From NCBI GenBank assembly GCA_964016885.1, contig OZ024744.1, positions 96,410,001 to 96,474,000 on the forward strand: a stretch of 64,000 bases of DNA, in the 5' to 3' direction. Position numbers and translations under genes: made by a program. This document shows, piece by piece, positions 27,910 through 42,289 of this stretch; position 1 is the stretch's first letter, and every line of letters starts with the position of its first letter. Below the pieces are notes generated by a model. It was not told where the DNA came from and searched no databases. It worked only from the letters and a program-made list of their open reading frames with translations. The DNA comes from Eledone cirrhosa. Taxonomy: Eukaryota.

Positions 27910-28620
27910 CAGTGGATTGGCAGTACTGGTAGAGGATCGGACGCCATGCTTTGCAACATAGACGGCCATTTATGATCTGAGTTCAAATCCCGCCGGATGA
28001 AATTTGGGGTGGCGGGGGTTCGGTATTGAAGGGATTAAATTAGACAGTCTAAGAGAATTGTTGCGCAATTTCATTATTAGTTCAACATTAGTAGGGCGGT
28101 GGATTGGCAGTATCAGTAGAGGGTCGGAGGCCATGCTTTCCAGCATAGTTACGTCCCTTTACGATCTGAGTTCAAATCCCGCCGAGGTTGACTTTGCCTT
28201 TCATCCTTACGGGGTCGATAAAATAAAGTACCAGTAATGCACTGGGTAATTGCTGGCCTTGTGCCTAAAGTAGAAACAATTATTAGTTCAACATTAACAA
28301 GTCTAAATCCCTCCGAGGTTAACTTTGCCTCTCGTCCATATGGGGTCGATGAAATAAAGTACAAGTCACGCACTGGGGTCGATTTAATCAACTCCCCCCC
28401 CCCCCCCCCACCCCCAAAAAATTACTGGCCTTGTGCCTATGTAAGAAACCATTATTAGTTCAACATTAACACGGGTAAATCCCGCCAAGGTTAACTTTGT
28501 CTTTCATCCTTCTGAGGGATCGATAAAATAAAAGTACCATCACGCACTGGGGGTCGATTTAATCGAACTTTCCCCTCCCTCAACATTGCTGGCCTTGTGC
28601 CTATATAAGAAACTATTACT
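27910..28620 (+). mobile_element. Tandem SINE cluster: one head, one full copy at 28094-28283, two 5'-truncated copies
   Basis: Repeated core and tail joined by ATTATTAGTTCAACATTA linkers. Confidence 0.82.
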
Positions 28621-29139
28621 TTGATCTATTTTCTTTATTGATTTGACTTAAGCTTAGTAAAATACATAATCTGATCCGTACCACTCTTGACCAACTTTAT
28701 GTGTTTTGACCGACAAATATATGATATATCCTTTTAAGTTCTTCCACGTCATTACATTTTTAAATACAAAATTCCAGTCGATTAATAATAGCTATTGACA
28801 ATATATATTTATTTATTTATCAATGATAGCATTCAGCCCCCCCCCTCTACCCCACTAACACGCAATTTACTACACAATAGTTTTAACGATACCTTCATAC
28901 TTAATAAGGATTAATTATTTAAAAAACAAACAGACAAATAAAGAAACTGATATCCGAAATTAAAAGATTTTTCTTGTTACTCGTACACATATTAGACTTT
29001 GACATTTCATTATCTTCAGTCTGTCATACAAAATTTGTATTTCTAATACATGCAAAACTATCTTCTAAAAAGGAATTTAATTTCCTTTTTTAGAAGATGT
29101 TTGTATTATTATTATTATTATTATTATTATTCTTTTTAA

Positions 29140-29298
29140 TGGCGGTGGATTGGGGGTAACGGTAGAGAGTCGGACGCTATGCTTTGACGCATAGAGTTAC
29201 GGCCCTTGCCATTCGGAGTTCAAATCCCACCGAGGTTAACTTTACCTTTCATCCTTATGAGGTCGATAAAATAAAGTACCAGTAATGTACTGGGATAA
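29140..29298 (+). mobile_element. tRNA-derived SINE
   Basis: Match to the consensus. Confidence 0.85.
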
Positions 29299-29362
29299 TT
29301 TTATCTGATGAAAGCGCACCATAATTTGCCTTGGTTGCCCTTGAAATATATATAATAAAATA
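29298..29362 (+). ncRNA. Minimal hammerhead, family T, degenerate stem II
   Basis: ATTTTAT-CTGATGA-AAG..CTT-GAAATATATATA-ATAAAAT. Confidence 0.65.
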
Positions 29363-29420
29363 AATATGGTTTTATAAATATAATTTCCATTTATTAATAT
29401 GTTGTATATATATATATATA

Positions 29421-29602
29421 GAAAAATGTATGACCCCGACGGCGGAGCTCAAGCCGTTTCGACAGCTATTTCTCGAAGCCGTCGAAACGGCTTGAGCTCT
29501 GTTGTCGGGGTCATACATTTTCCTATTACCCACTCTACTACCCTAAGTATTGAGTACTCTTGTGCGTTATGGTCCATCTGGTTCCTTACCACAACTCCTT
29601 CG

Positions 29603-29605
<3 letters not shown>
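29421..29605 (+). mobile_element. Fold-back cassette, family H
   Basis: Inverted GACCCCGAC..GAGCTCAAGCCGTTTCGAC arms plus tail; (TA)n flanks. Confidence 0.75.
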
Positions 29606-29641
<36 letters not shown>

Positions 29642-29872
29642 ATGTGGTCTACCTCTCGTGGTAGGGTCTATACCGTAGTTAGAACTCAATGTAATCTGTT
29701 AGCATGTAGTTCAGTGTGATCCAGTGATTGGTTCCGTGTTTCGCTGAGTCAAGCTTACAGATACATAGTCTGATATATTACATAATATATTATTTAACAA
29801 TGAGAACAAAGTCAAGTTATTTTTACATATTCATTTCATTGTTTTATGATCGTTTCGGTGGGTTGACAGTAA

Positions 29873-30065
29873 GGTGGTAGATTGGTAGTACCAGTAGAGC
29901 GTCAGACGCCATGCTTTGCAGCAAAGAGTTACATCCCTTTATGGTCTGAGTTCAAATCCCACTGAGGTTAACTTTGCCTTTCATCATTACGGGGTCGATA
30001 AAATAAAGTACCAGTAATGCACTGGGGTAATTGCTGGCCTTGTGCCAAAAGTGGAAAAGATTATT
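29873..30065 (+). mobile_element. tRNA-derived SINE
   Basis: Match to the consensus. Confidence 0.85.
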
Positions 30066-31525
30066 TTCTGCCCCCGCACCATCACTGAAATCTGTAAATT
30101 ATATTCGCTAGTCTTCTGCTCGAAACACATTTTATTATTACTGTAATTAGTGTTAATACATAGCAAATTTTCCCTATAATTTATTCCGATTCTGAAATAT
30201 TTCTCGTATCAGGCATGAAACAACTTCACCAATTTCATTCAACTTCCACTATATTTATCTAAACAATTCTTAAAAGCAATGGTTAATGTCTTTAATTTGT
30301 AGACATGATAATACAAAAAGTAATGAATACAAATTTGCAGTGTTAAAAAAATAATAACAAAAAGTACAATGTTTACCTCAGGGAATATGTAACAAAGTAT
30401 CGATAAGTATTTTTCCTTGAGTCACATCTCAGAGCAATATATGGCGTTTTCTCTCGCTAAGATATTTGAAATTCTCTAGCATTTTTATATACATGTAGAG
30501 AATGCATCGAGAACGTATTTGTCTCGGTTTTCTATGATTTTAGTTCAAATCCCGTCAAAGTCAACTTCACATTTCAAACTTATAGGATCGATAAAATGAA
30601 GTACCAGTCAGGTATCTTGAGCCTAAAGTAGAATCCCTGCTCATTTTCATATAGTGCGGGCTTGATGGGCTGGTGTTAATTATCATTAGCACTAACGGAG
30701 ACGCAGGCTTTATATCAAAGTGACCGTCTCCCAGAGAGATGTGTTAATGAAGACTAGGAGTCTCTCCCTCCACAGGTAAAAAAAGAAAAAAAATTATTGG
30801 ATGGCCGTTGACTCTGCTGAGTTCCTCTGCCCTTTGACGGGTTTTGCTTTTCATCCCGCAGGGTGTCCAAATTCACCCACCTCACCAAGCAAGCTTGGTG
30901 CGGTCGCCGATGACCCGGCCATGCCATGCACAGGTTGTACTGGGTTACATGTTACCAGTAGCGTTGAAGAGCGACCTCACATACATACATACATACATAG
31001 ATGATGGTTGCAAACTCTGCTAAGAGTATTGCAATCGCTTGTCAGATTACAGAAAATAGTGCACTTTTAGGCTACGGTCAGCCACACGAACCTGGCCAGC
31101 CTGCTGATATGCAAATCTGGCTGATCAGTGGATTTACTAATATGCAGATCTGACTGATCAGCCAGTCTGCTAATATGCAAAGCAAGTCGATCAGTCATTG
31201 TATATTTTAGCTCTGACAGTTGGCAGGTGAACAGTCAGCTGTACTGATGAAGTGTGATACCCAGAAACATTAGTATCTGTAGTCCAACACAAGAGCAAGA
31301 ATGAAGAGTTTATTCTACTGACATGGCTTTAAAAATGAGGCTCGTTTGCATAATTGCAAACGAATCGAATGTAATTATAAATATTCGAAAAACTCAGGTT
31401 ACATTTATTGTATTCAGCCATGTAGAACGAATTTTTTAAATTATATATACATATATGCATAGATGTATACATACATACACACACATATATATATTTCACT
31501 GATCCAGGTGTATTCTATTTTTATG

Positions 31526-31723
31526 TAATAATTGTTTCTACTTTTGGCACAAGGCCAGCAATTATCTCAGTGTATTACTGGTACTTTATTTTATCGACCC
31601 CTCCCGTAAGGATGAAAGGCAAAGTTAACCTCGGCTGGATTTCAACTCAGATCATAAAGGGCCGTAACTCTATACCGTAAAGCATGACGTCTGAGCCTCT
31701 ACCGATACTGCCAATAAACCGCC
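31526..31723 (-). mobile_element. tRNA-derived SINE
   Basis: Match to the consensus. Confidence 0.85.
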
Positions 31724-31909
31724 ATTTTAATGTAATAATTGATGTCCGATCAGTGAGATATTGTTACATGTTAAAATGGCGACCATCTCATGGGACGCCT
31801 CTTAAGTACATCCATAAAAAAGATAATCCTGTATAGATTCATCTATTCATATATACATATAAGTACATATATACATACGTTGGCTTTAGCTTTGATCATG
31901 ATTTGATTA

Positions 31910-31910
<1 letters not shown>

Positions 31911-31995
<85 letters not shown>
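31911..31995. repeat. (TATC)n microsatellite at the 5' end of the Tx1-like LINE
   Basis: Direct sequence; resumes at 37084-37100. Confidence 0.95.
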
Positions 31996-34900
31996 AGACG
32001 TGTGTAACTTCGCGGAGAAGTTTCCGTTAATTTATGTAAGAAAAAAACGTGAGTTTTCAGTTAAATTTTATATTATTGTGTAACTTGATTCCCCCCCCCC
32101 CCCCCCCCCGCCTGGACTTTCAGGTGGTGGGTCAACTCATTTTCGCCCCTACAGGGGCGAAATATTCGTTTGAAAAATTTTTTCTTCATCGAATTTTGGA
32201 AAAAATATCGTAAGAAGTTTGATTACGTTATGAACGCTGCGTTCAACGATAATGGTGCTGGAGAGTCGGTAAGACTACAGAGCTCGCAGTCAACATCGTC
32301 TTCTTCCCTAGATACTATGGAGATGGAAAGACGAAATGAAATTGTAAAAACAAATTCATATCCAAACAACACAGATGACACCAAACAGTACAATGACAAC
32401 AACAATAAAAACAACAACACCACCAATAATGATGATAAAAACAACAATGACAAAAACAACAAAGGACACAAAAAATAAAAATAAAAAATATACCACCAAA
32501 CATTAACATCTGGTGGATCTTAGCTGGCTTCGTAGAGCCAGAAACTGATATGATTCTTTCGATACGAAAGTCTATTCGACAAAGGTGGGCGGGTACTGAT
32601 TTGGAGATTCTGTTGCAAATGAGGCCGGAGAGAATCTCCAAAATACCCGAAAGAGTCGTCATCGATGATAACAACAAAATAAACATTTCAGTAGAAGGAC
32701 GAACATTTCATTGCTTTCGCCGTGGTAGCACAGCACACCTAAAAGCCTCTTGTCCTTCACAAACACATCACAACAACATTATTAAAAAAACACTATTACC
32801 AACACCAACACCAAAACAACCACCACAAGTACAACGACAAACAAAACGAGCAACCACACCAAAACAAACAGCCACTCAACCAACAACAACAGAAAAAACA
32901 GAGACAACACCCCTGAAGAACACAGCCTCACCTCATCCCACTCCATCAAACACTACCACAAACACACACACCGAAACACCACCACCACACAACATACCCC
33001 TACCCAACACTCCTGACGATGATTATTCATTGACGGATGAAGCTGCTTCTCCTTCTTTAAGTGAAGAAGAGGGAGAGCCGCGGAAATCTAAAAAACAAAA
33101 AAAGAGACACCACAAAACCCCCAAAGCTCCAATCACCAACACGAACACGAACACACAACCACAGATACAAACAACAACACAAACAACACCAGTCAAACAT
33201 CCCCCTACCAGCAAAACCAACACCAACACCACTCCAAACACAAGCACCTACCATAAAAAGAAAACTCCCGGACGAACAACAAACTAAAACAACACAACAA
33301 AAACACAAACAACAATACGCATACATCAACACAAACAACAAGAGTTTGATGGAGGTCATCTCCCAAAACCCCAAGGTGGAGACGGAGGGCAAAACTTTCG
33401 TCAAGGCAGAATCGTCTCCACACCTTAAACTTATAAGGGTTTCTATGGAAACCTATAATGACCTGAAAAACAAATTTTCACAGGACGTGGGCTACCCCTG
33501 CCAGAAACCCATCAACCACGCCCTGTTAAAATGTTTCCTCACCCCACCCAACACCCCATCCAGCACCCAAAGGGAGATTGAACAACCCGATCTCCAGGAA
33601 ACGAAAAGGTAAGTGCGCCTTTCGTCCCTTTTCTCCAACTCTTCTTCACCAACATGGCTAGTTTACGAGTTGGAAGCGTGAATGTGCGTCGTCTAGGGAT
33701 GCCCTGGAAACAGGACCAACTTTTAAACGACCTTAGGTCACACGGTATGTATGTGATAGCCATCACCGAGTCCAGGATCTAAAACAGGCAGCAACTAACC
33801 CCCATCTTCGACGACTTTGAGATGTACGCATCTCTCTGTCAGCCAGGAGGTGGAGGGGGTGTGGCTGTCATGTTTCGGAAGAACCTGGATATCGAAGTAC
33901 AGCAAGTACACTTGGACCCGGAGGGTAGACTGGTAGTCCTAGACGTGAACAGTATTGGAAATAGAGTCTGCAGACTGGTGGCCGTGTATGCCCCGACCGG
34001 GCAATCGCAATCACGGCCAGACTTCTTTAAGCGTCTAGAGTTTTTTTCTAGGAACGTCTGGCTCCTTACTTTCAGTGGGGGACTGGAATGGTATCCTAGA
34101 TGCACGATGGAACTATGTGGGAGCATGTCCCAGTAGAGAGGGGGTGCAACAGCCTCAAAACTTTAATCGGCCAATTAAAACTGGCCGATAGGTATCGACT
34201 GGATTTCCCGACTGCACCACAGTGGACGTGGGCAAACCGCAGCGGGACATCTAGATCGTATTTAGATAGGTTCTTCATTAGAGAAAGGGACAAGGAGATG
34301 GTAAGCTGTCCACGAATACACATGATTGACTATTCAGATCATAAATTATTCGTCTGCTTAGTCAACCGTGATAGAATACATAGACAAGGACCCGGATACT
34401 GGAAGCTGAACGTGTCATTGCCGGCACGTAAAGCTTACAGTGAACGGATAAGTAGACTAGACAAGCAACAGTTAACAGGAGCCATCGTCAACAATAAATG
34501 GTGGTACTCCCTCAAGAAAGCAATTAGAGTAGAATCGATAGAGTTTAGCAGAGAGTTAGCCTTAGAGAAAAACAAAATAGAAAGAGAACTAGCAGCCAAG
34601 GTAGAGGAGGCACTTAGAAGTGGCACACGCCTAGAGTGTTAGCGTCGAGAACGGCACTGGACCATTTCTTCGATGCGAAACACGAAGGCTGCGTGGTCAG
34701 AAGCAAAACACATGCTCTAGGAAACGAAGGAGCGAAAGCTGTCAGCTGGGCCCGAGTGGCGGAGGCGAAAAGTGGTAACAAGTCCACGGTTCGGTCTTTG
34801 AAAGACCAAAACTGACGCGTGCTACTTGACCCCAAGCAAATGTGCGCGGCATTTCAGCAGCACTTTGCGCGACTGTTTGAGCAGAATGACGGTGAGCCGA

Positions 34901-37073
34901 ACGGGGCAATGGACTTTAGTTCATACCTCAACGGCCTGCCGCGTCTCTCGAACACGGCAGCCGAGTTCTGCGAAAGACCGATCACGGACACTGAGATACG
35001 ATCTAGATGGTCTACCCTATTAGTTTTACATAGGCATGCCGGACTTGTTCTCTGCCATCCTCGAAGCCGTCTAGTGCAATTGGCAGCAGAACGGGAGAAT
35101 TCCCAGTTCTGCAGGCAAGGGCATAGTAACGCTGATCAGGAAAGACGAGAACAAGGGGGACGAAATTTACAACTTCAGGCCCATAACTCTGCTCAACACA
35201 GAGTTAAAGATTTTGGCCAAGGTGCTAGCAACGAGGTTGGCGCTTGTCGTCGAGAACCTGGTAGGGAAAGCGCAAACGTGTGCAATCCCGATCAGGTCCA
35301 TACACGACAACCTCCACCTCATGCGATACATCATAGTGAGGGTGGGTAGTAAACCAGGCTTCGGTGGGGCTCTGATCAATTTGGATCAGTCTAAGGCACT
35401 CGATAGGCTCGACCATCGATACTTGGAAGCAGTCCTCAAGGCGGCCGGTTTCGGTCCCGTGTTCAGAGGCTGGATCGAGGCGATGCACACCAGCATCTGC
35501 TCGAGGGTCAAGGTGAACGGCTACTTATCGGAGCCGTTCGCAATCACGCGTTCCATTCGACAGGGGTGCTCTCTCTCCTCCATTCTGTATGTATTGACTC
35601 TAGAGCGCAAATTGGAGCTGTTGCAGGGCATCCCTCTAGAACCGGGACTGCGCAAAGCGGCGTCGGCTTATACCGACTACGTGACGGTAATGGTGTCGGT
35701 AATGGTGTCGAAACTGGGGTGATCGGCAACTTACTGAAAGAATACGAAATGCTGACGGGAGCAAAACTGAACCCGGACAAGTCTGTCGGTTTGCAACTCG
35801 GTACGTGGAGAGGCAAACCGATGACGTCCGCTTGACTGTCGTGCCTTGTCCCCGTGAACACCTCGCCAAGGTGGGACGCATGCTCTTCCAGTTTCTGTGG
35901 AAGAAGCAGGCTCCGCTGGTGAGGAGATCCGTTTGCTGTCAGCACTCTTCCAACGGAGGGCTGGGAATGCTGTGGCTCATGATGCGCAAACATGCGCTGA
36001 GGCTGTGGCATCTCCAGGTATTCCTCACCTACCCCCAACCGGTGTGGGCACCGTTTGTAAGACAGGCTTTCCCACAGCTCGTCTCGCTGACGAAGCTGCA
36101 GTCGTGGGTCAAGAAAAGACCGGAAACGATCGGCGCCTGGCACATTGAATGCGCTCAGGCGCTCACAGTCCTCTGGCAAGCCGGCACAGCAATCAGTGGA
36201 GACTCCACTTCGACATTCTATAGAGGGATTGTACGTTACAAGGGCGACGACGTGCTCGGAGAGACTCTAGGCGTCGACAACGATGATCTCACCAGTCTGT
36301 TTGGTAGAACTTTCCGCCGGGGACCTATGGACAACTTCCAGAGGTCCCTGGCCTGGCAGTGCTACCGAGGAGCTCTACCGGTTCGTGACAACATCTACAG
36401 GCACGGACGCCCCGGCAGGGATCCTTCAAAGAGGACGTGTGTAAGATGCGCGCAGGACATTGAAACAGTCCTGCACGCAATTGTACATTGCCCGCGCGTA
36501 ACCGACCTGTGGAACTATGCAAAACAACTGCTGTCGCATATGGGACAAATCCAGTTGTCTGCCGAGTCCATAATAATGATCAAACCGCCAGCCTCTTTCA
36601 AAAACGAATGAGAGGCGGTTTTCCTCTGTACAGTGGCTATGGTGAAAGAAGTTATATGGTGGACGAGATTGAGAGGACCAATGACAGATGCCTTTCTCTC
36701 CGGACAACAATTGATTCCCTTCTTTAAGTATCACTTTAGAAGGAGACACAGAGTGGAGAGAGAGGCACTGCACCCCAGTAAATTTACTGAAAGGTGGGTG
36801 AATGAAGCGAAAATGGCCCGAGTGATTGTAAGCCTGTAGGTTGAAGAAGAGAGCAGAAGAAAGAAGGGAGCACTTGCACAACACGCTCCTGAAGTTGACG
36901 GTTGTTCCATCGACGGTGTATTAAACAACCCATTTGTGGCGCTTCCCCCCTATTGGGGATTTCGATCGTTGTAATTGTTTGTTTTTATATTTTTTACACG
37001 ACTGTATGTAAAACCCCCAGCATGTTTTTGTATTGTCCCCTTTTCTTGTGGGCCCTTGTGGCTAATAAAGAAA
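31996..37073 (+). mobile_element. Tx1/L1-clade non-LTR retrotransposon, near full length, decayed
   Basis: ORF1 remnant with degenerate zinc knuckle (VEGRTFHCFRRGSTAHLKASCP); ORF2 from 33654 (MASLRVGSVNVR, APE: VYAP, SYLDRF, SDH; RT: LDQSKALD, IRQGCSLS, AYTDY; zf CVRC..ETVLHAIVHC); many stops and frameshifts; 3' AATAAA. Confidence 0.9.
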
Positions 37074-37107
37074 TATAACTATATATCTATCTATCTATCT
37101 ATATATA

Positions 37108-38731
37108 GTGACGAAACAAAAGTCAATTGCATGAACTCATAATATCCTTTATTTACTGCTATATATATTTCGATGATAGCCATTGAGTGGCTATGACCTC
37201 ATCAGGCAGTTAGTCAGTTCTTAGATATGCCAGCTCTGTGTTTATGGTGTTGATTGTATCAGAGTCTTGGGACATATGAGCTTGTTAGGAATAATTTAAT
37301 GTTGTCAGCAGGAATAGTCTTAATTCTCATTGGTCAGTTTGTAGATGCTAGTAGGGTTGGTATTTGACCTCAAAGAGGCAGATGGTATTGTAAAGTTCAA
37401 ACCACCAGACAAGATGACAATAGTTCCATATGACTGATTTTCACAAAAAGCATTCCTAGTCAGATATATATTCAATTGGGGTTTATAGTATGAAATTCGA
37501 TATTACAGATCAATCTTAAATTGAGGAATTTATGTAGGGTGGTACTACTGAAAATTATGGTTAGAGTAGAAAATTTACAAATAAAAAGACTTATGTAGGT
37601 TGGCTTGCACATACATTCACACCCACCTCCACAGACACACACACACATCCACACATACAAATTGAGGAATTAATGTGGGGTGGTAATACTCAAAATAATG
37701 GTTAGAGTCAAATACTTAGAGAGTTTAGAAATAAAAAGACCTATGTTGGTTGACTTGTACATACACTCACACCTACCCCTCAGACACACACATCTACACA
37801 CACAAATCCATACAGGTGTGTATATATATATATGTACGCACAAGTGCATATATATATACAACAGAGGCCCCCAAATCGAAGTATAAGGCAGAGATAAAAA
37901 AAGGTGGATGTTATTTTTAAAGAAAAGTAAAGTGGGTGTTTGGAAAAGTTATTGTTTAGACTAGACAAAGGTAGAGTGTGATATATATCTTCACAGCAAT
38001 AGCTTGGGGGCTTTGGAGCTTAGGCGAATCCCTTAGTAGAGACATATATACCCACCCACACTTTTATACCTCTGGATACGCGTGTATGTCTATATACACA
38101 TGTGTACTCATACAAGAGAGTATATACAAATATACTCTTAAGCATACACTCGAACATTTATCAATCCAACCTGGGTATTAGTATTACGTTGCGTTCACAT
38201 GAGTGTGTACATACACGCAGTCCCAGTATACACACACAATGCATGGTTGCACTCATTCATGCGTATAGGGTTAGTATCTTGGGGTAATTGTTCTTCCTGT
38301 GTGGGCCGCTCCCGGGGGTGTCCTCAGGTTCAATAAAACGTGGTTTTGATTACTCCTAACCAGTAGAGGATCCGGTGGACCATCCACCATAGGGACCACA
38401 AACTATGGGTGGTTGTTGTTGTCCATTGGTCATTGGTACGGGGGTGTAGGGGACCTACAGGGGGGGGGGGGGGGGGCGCGTTGTGGGAAAGTTCCCGTCC
38501 TTAGGTATCTGCAGGCACCGAATAAGTCGGCCCTTCTGTTTAATAGCTTGGTTCCGCCATGAAGTATCTCGAGTGTCTCACTAAGACAGACCCGCCTCTG
38601 TCTGGGGGAACCTTTCTAACCACGGACCAGACCAGAGAGTGCGGGGTCTTTTCAAGTTTGAGCTTCCAGATCAATTCAGAAAGGGCCGTACATTTCCTCT
38701 TAGCTATTCTATTAAAGGAATGGCGCTGGTT

Positions 38732-38732
<1 letters not shown>
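37108..38732 (-). mobile_element. Penelope-like 3' remnant: endonuclease C-terminus, 3' region and hammerhead
   Basis: HSFN..CTALSELIWKLKLEKTPHSLVWSVVRKVPP (38600-38730) resembles the PLE GIY-YIG C-terminus; hammerhead near the 3' end; continuity of the intervening sequence is inferred. Confidence 0.65.
37155..37210 (-). ncRNA. Minimal type-I hammerhead ribozyme, canonical core
   Basis: Minus strand: ACTGC-CTGATGA-GGTcATAGCCA ctcaa TGGCTATcATC-GAAA-TATATA-TA-GCAGT. Confidence 0.85.
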
Positions 38733-38778
<46 letters not shown>

Positions 38779-38844
38779 GTTTTAATATAGATGAGATTCT
38801 ACAGGATTAGAACTGTTTCATTCATTTGAAATCATCAGGAATCT

Positions 38845-38878
<34 letters not shown>

Positions 38879-38903
38879 CTCCTATGCTATTCTTTTTTAC
38901 TTT

Positions 38904-38943
<40 letters not shown>

Positions 38944-38946
<3 letters not shown>

Positions 38947-39127
38947 CGAAGGAAATGTGGTAAGGAACCAGGTGGACCATAACGCACCAAAGTACTCAAT
39001 ACTTAGGGTAGTAGAGTGGGTAATAGGAACCAGTAAGACCCCGATGGCTGAGCTCAAGCCGTTTCGACGGCTAATTCGAATTAGCCGTCGAAACGGCTTG
39101 AGCTCAGCCGTCGGGTTCTTACTGGTT

Positions 39128-39129
<2 letters not shown>
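38944..39129 (-). mobile_element. Fold-back cassette, family H
   Basis: Inversion centred on AATTCGAATT near 39078; (TA)n flanks. Confidence 0.8.
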
Positions 39130-39189
<60 letters not shown>

Positions 39190-39220
39190 GATATATATAC
39201 ATATATACATATATATATAC

Positions 39221-39257
<37 letters not shown>

Positions 39258-39273
39258 CTACATATATATATAT

Positions 39274-39366
<93 letters not shown>

Positions 39367-39376
39367 CATATATATA

Positions 39377-39448
<72 letters not shown>

Positions 39449-39535
39449 CATATATACACATATATATATACTACATATATATATATATATATATACACAT
39501 ATATGTATATATATATATATACATATATATATTTT

Positions 39536-39595
<60 letters not shown>

Positions 39596-39603
39596 TATAT
39601 ACA

Positions 39604-39644
<41 letters not shown>

Positions 39645-40165
39645 TTGTACGTACATGTGAATATACATTTAGGAATGCATTTGTATATATATACCAATGT
39701 CTGCATATCTGTCTGTTTATCTATATGTGTATAATGTATGTATGCCTGCATGTATGTATCTATATATATATATATATATATATGTACACACATATGAATG
39801 CAGGTATACAGTATATGCATGTAGGACTATGTATACGAATGTTTTAAAAGAGTATTTTTCGAATATTATGAAAAAAAAAAAGTTATAAAATGGCAAAGAA
39901 ATAATGAATAGCGCTGAGTTAAAAAGTGATAAATTAAAAAAAATATCACATTATTAGAATACAAAATAAAACACGTTATTAGTATATAAAAATAAAACAT
40001 ATTATCAGAATATAAAAATTAAATACATTATTATCAGTAGATTGGAAGACAGCGTTTCTAAAGGCATAATAAAGTGCTTTAATTAAGAGAAAGCGCGTAG
40101 AAATAGTCTAACTTCGATTTATCATAGCTGCGATTTTATCATTAAAAAAAAGCATTTTCTTTTTG

Positions 40166-40240
<75 letters not shown>

Positions 40241-40241
40241 A

Positions 40242-40290
<49 letters not shown>

Positions 40291-40327
40291 AGTAGTAGTA
40301 GTAATGGTATTAGTGGTAGTAGTAGTA

Positions 40328-40383
<56 letters not shown>

Positions 40384-40470
40384 ATGGTAGTAGTAGTATA
40401 GTAGTAGTAGTGGTGGTGGTGGTGGTGGTAGTAGTAGCGGTTGTTGTAGTGGTAGTAATGATAGTAGTAA
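40166..40470. repeat. (GTA)n microsatellite
   Basis: Direct sequence. Confidence 0.95.
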
Positions 40471-40738
40471 TGAAATATATATATATATATCTCTTTATAT
40501 ATATATATATCTTTATATATATATATATATATCTTTATATATATATATCTTTATATCTTTATATATATATATATATCTTTATATATATATATATAACCCA
40601 ATGTAAACAAGGTTCATTGATTATTCAATGAATATAGTTATACAATAGATTAAAAGCACTCAACAAAGAAGTTTTGTGGATTTATTAATATTATTTATAA
40701 TATTAATAAATGGATACATTCACATAATCAAAATATAT

Positions 40739-40802
40739 GTTTTATTATATATATTTCGGAGGTACAGTGTTGTTTTTTCAGTACGTCCTCATCAAATAAA
40801 AT
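40739..40802 (-). ncRNA. Minimal hammerhead with C3U change
   Basis: Minus strand: TTTTAT-TTGATGA-GGAcGTAC..GTACcTCC-GAAATATATATA-ATAAAA. Confidence 0.6.
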
Positions 40803-40868
40803 ACATAAATTGATATATATATATATATATATATAAATAAGTATATATATATATATATATATATATAA

Positions 40869-41265
<397 letters not shown>

Positions 41266-41408
41266 TATATATATATATATATATATATAATATAGGAATG
41301 GCTTCTACAGTACTACTCCTGTAGAAGCCATTTCTATATTAGATATACATACTCTGCTATTTATTGAGCAAGTTACTTACTCTGGTTACCCCCGATTGAA
41401 CCCGGGAT

Positions 41409-41439
<31 letters not shown>

Positions 41440-41490
41440 CATACACACACACACACATATATAAATGGAAATATATATATATATGTATTT

Positions 41491-41837
41491 AATGATATTA
41501 AATAAATGGAAACTATATTTATAAAAACCATATTTATTCTATTATATATTTCTTAACGGTTCAAGTTATTCCAGGAAAAGCTTGAACCGTTAAGATCTCC
41601 TTCTTGGTTATGTCAATATTTATAAAACAAACTTTGTATTTTATCTGATGAGAGCGTATCAAAGTTTTGGTACCCTTGAAATATATATAATAGAATAAAT
41701 ATGGTTTTATAAATATAGTTTCCATTTATTTAATATCATTGAATATTATACTCCAGAAAACTTGTTGAGTGGTTTGAATCAGTTATAAACATTTATATTT
41801 GTTGAATTACCAACAAATTAAATATCCCTTTTTCCAA
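41491..41837 (+). mobile_element. Fold-back cassette, family T, with hammerhead at 41637-41697 and about 95-nt tail
   Basis: 41491-41552 is the inverse of 41678-41740; the tail matches the inverse of 24926-25020. Confidence 0.82.
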
Positions 41838-41902
<65 letters not shown>

Positions 41903-42065
41903 TATAAAGTATGTCCATAGAATCATTTGATAATATATATACACCATTTCCTCTCCCAATTAGCATAATTAACCACACAAAACATCAATTAGACCAGGCT
42001 ATAAGATTAAAAGGCACCTAATATAGTTTTATAAATAAAGTTGTAATAGTAAAACTTGCCACTAT

Positions 42066-42122
<57 letters not shown>

Positions 42123-42184
42123 AAATAATAATAATAGTAAGTTGGAACGGTCCCAATTGCAGTGATGCATTAAATATCAAATGT

Positions 42185-42258
42185 CAGTAATGATGACGAT
42201 GGTGATGATGATGGTGATGGTAATCATGGTGGTTATGATGGTGATGATGGTGTTTATG

Positions 42259-42289
<31 letters not shown>

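Noticed and set aside
28094-28190. tRNA genes at SINE heads
   Set aside because: A and B boxes are present but there is no intact cloverleaf, and each continues into the SINE core.
31244-31280. CTGATGA..GAAAC..GTA motif, and similar ones at 38803-38845 (minus), 49864-49895 and 11277-11330
   Set aside because: Stems are broken or the core is mutated; probably decayed hammerhead remnants, too weak to call.
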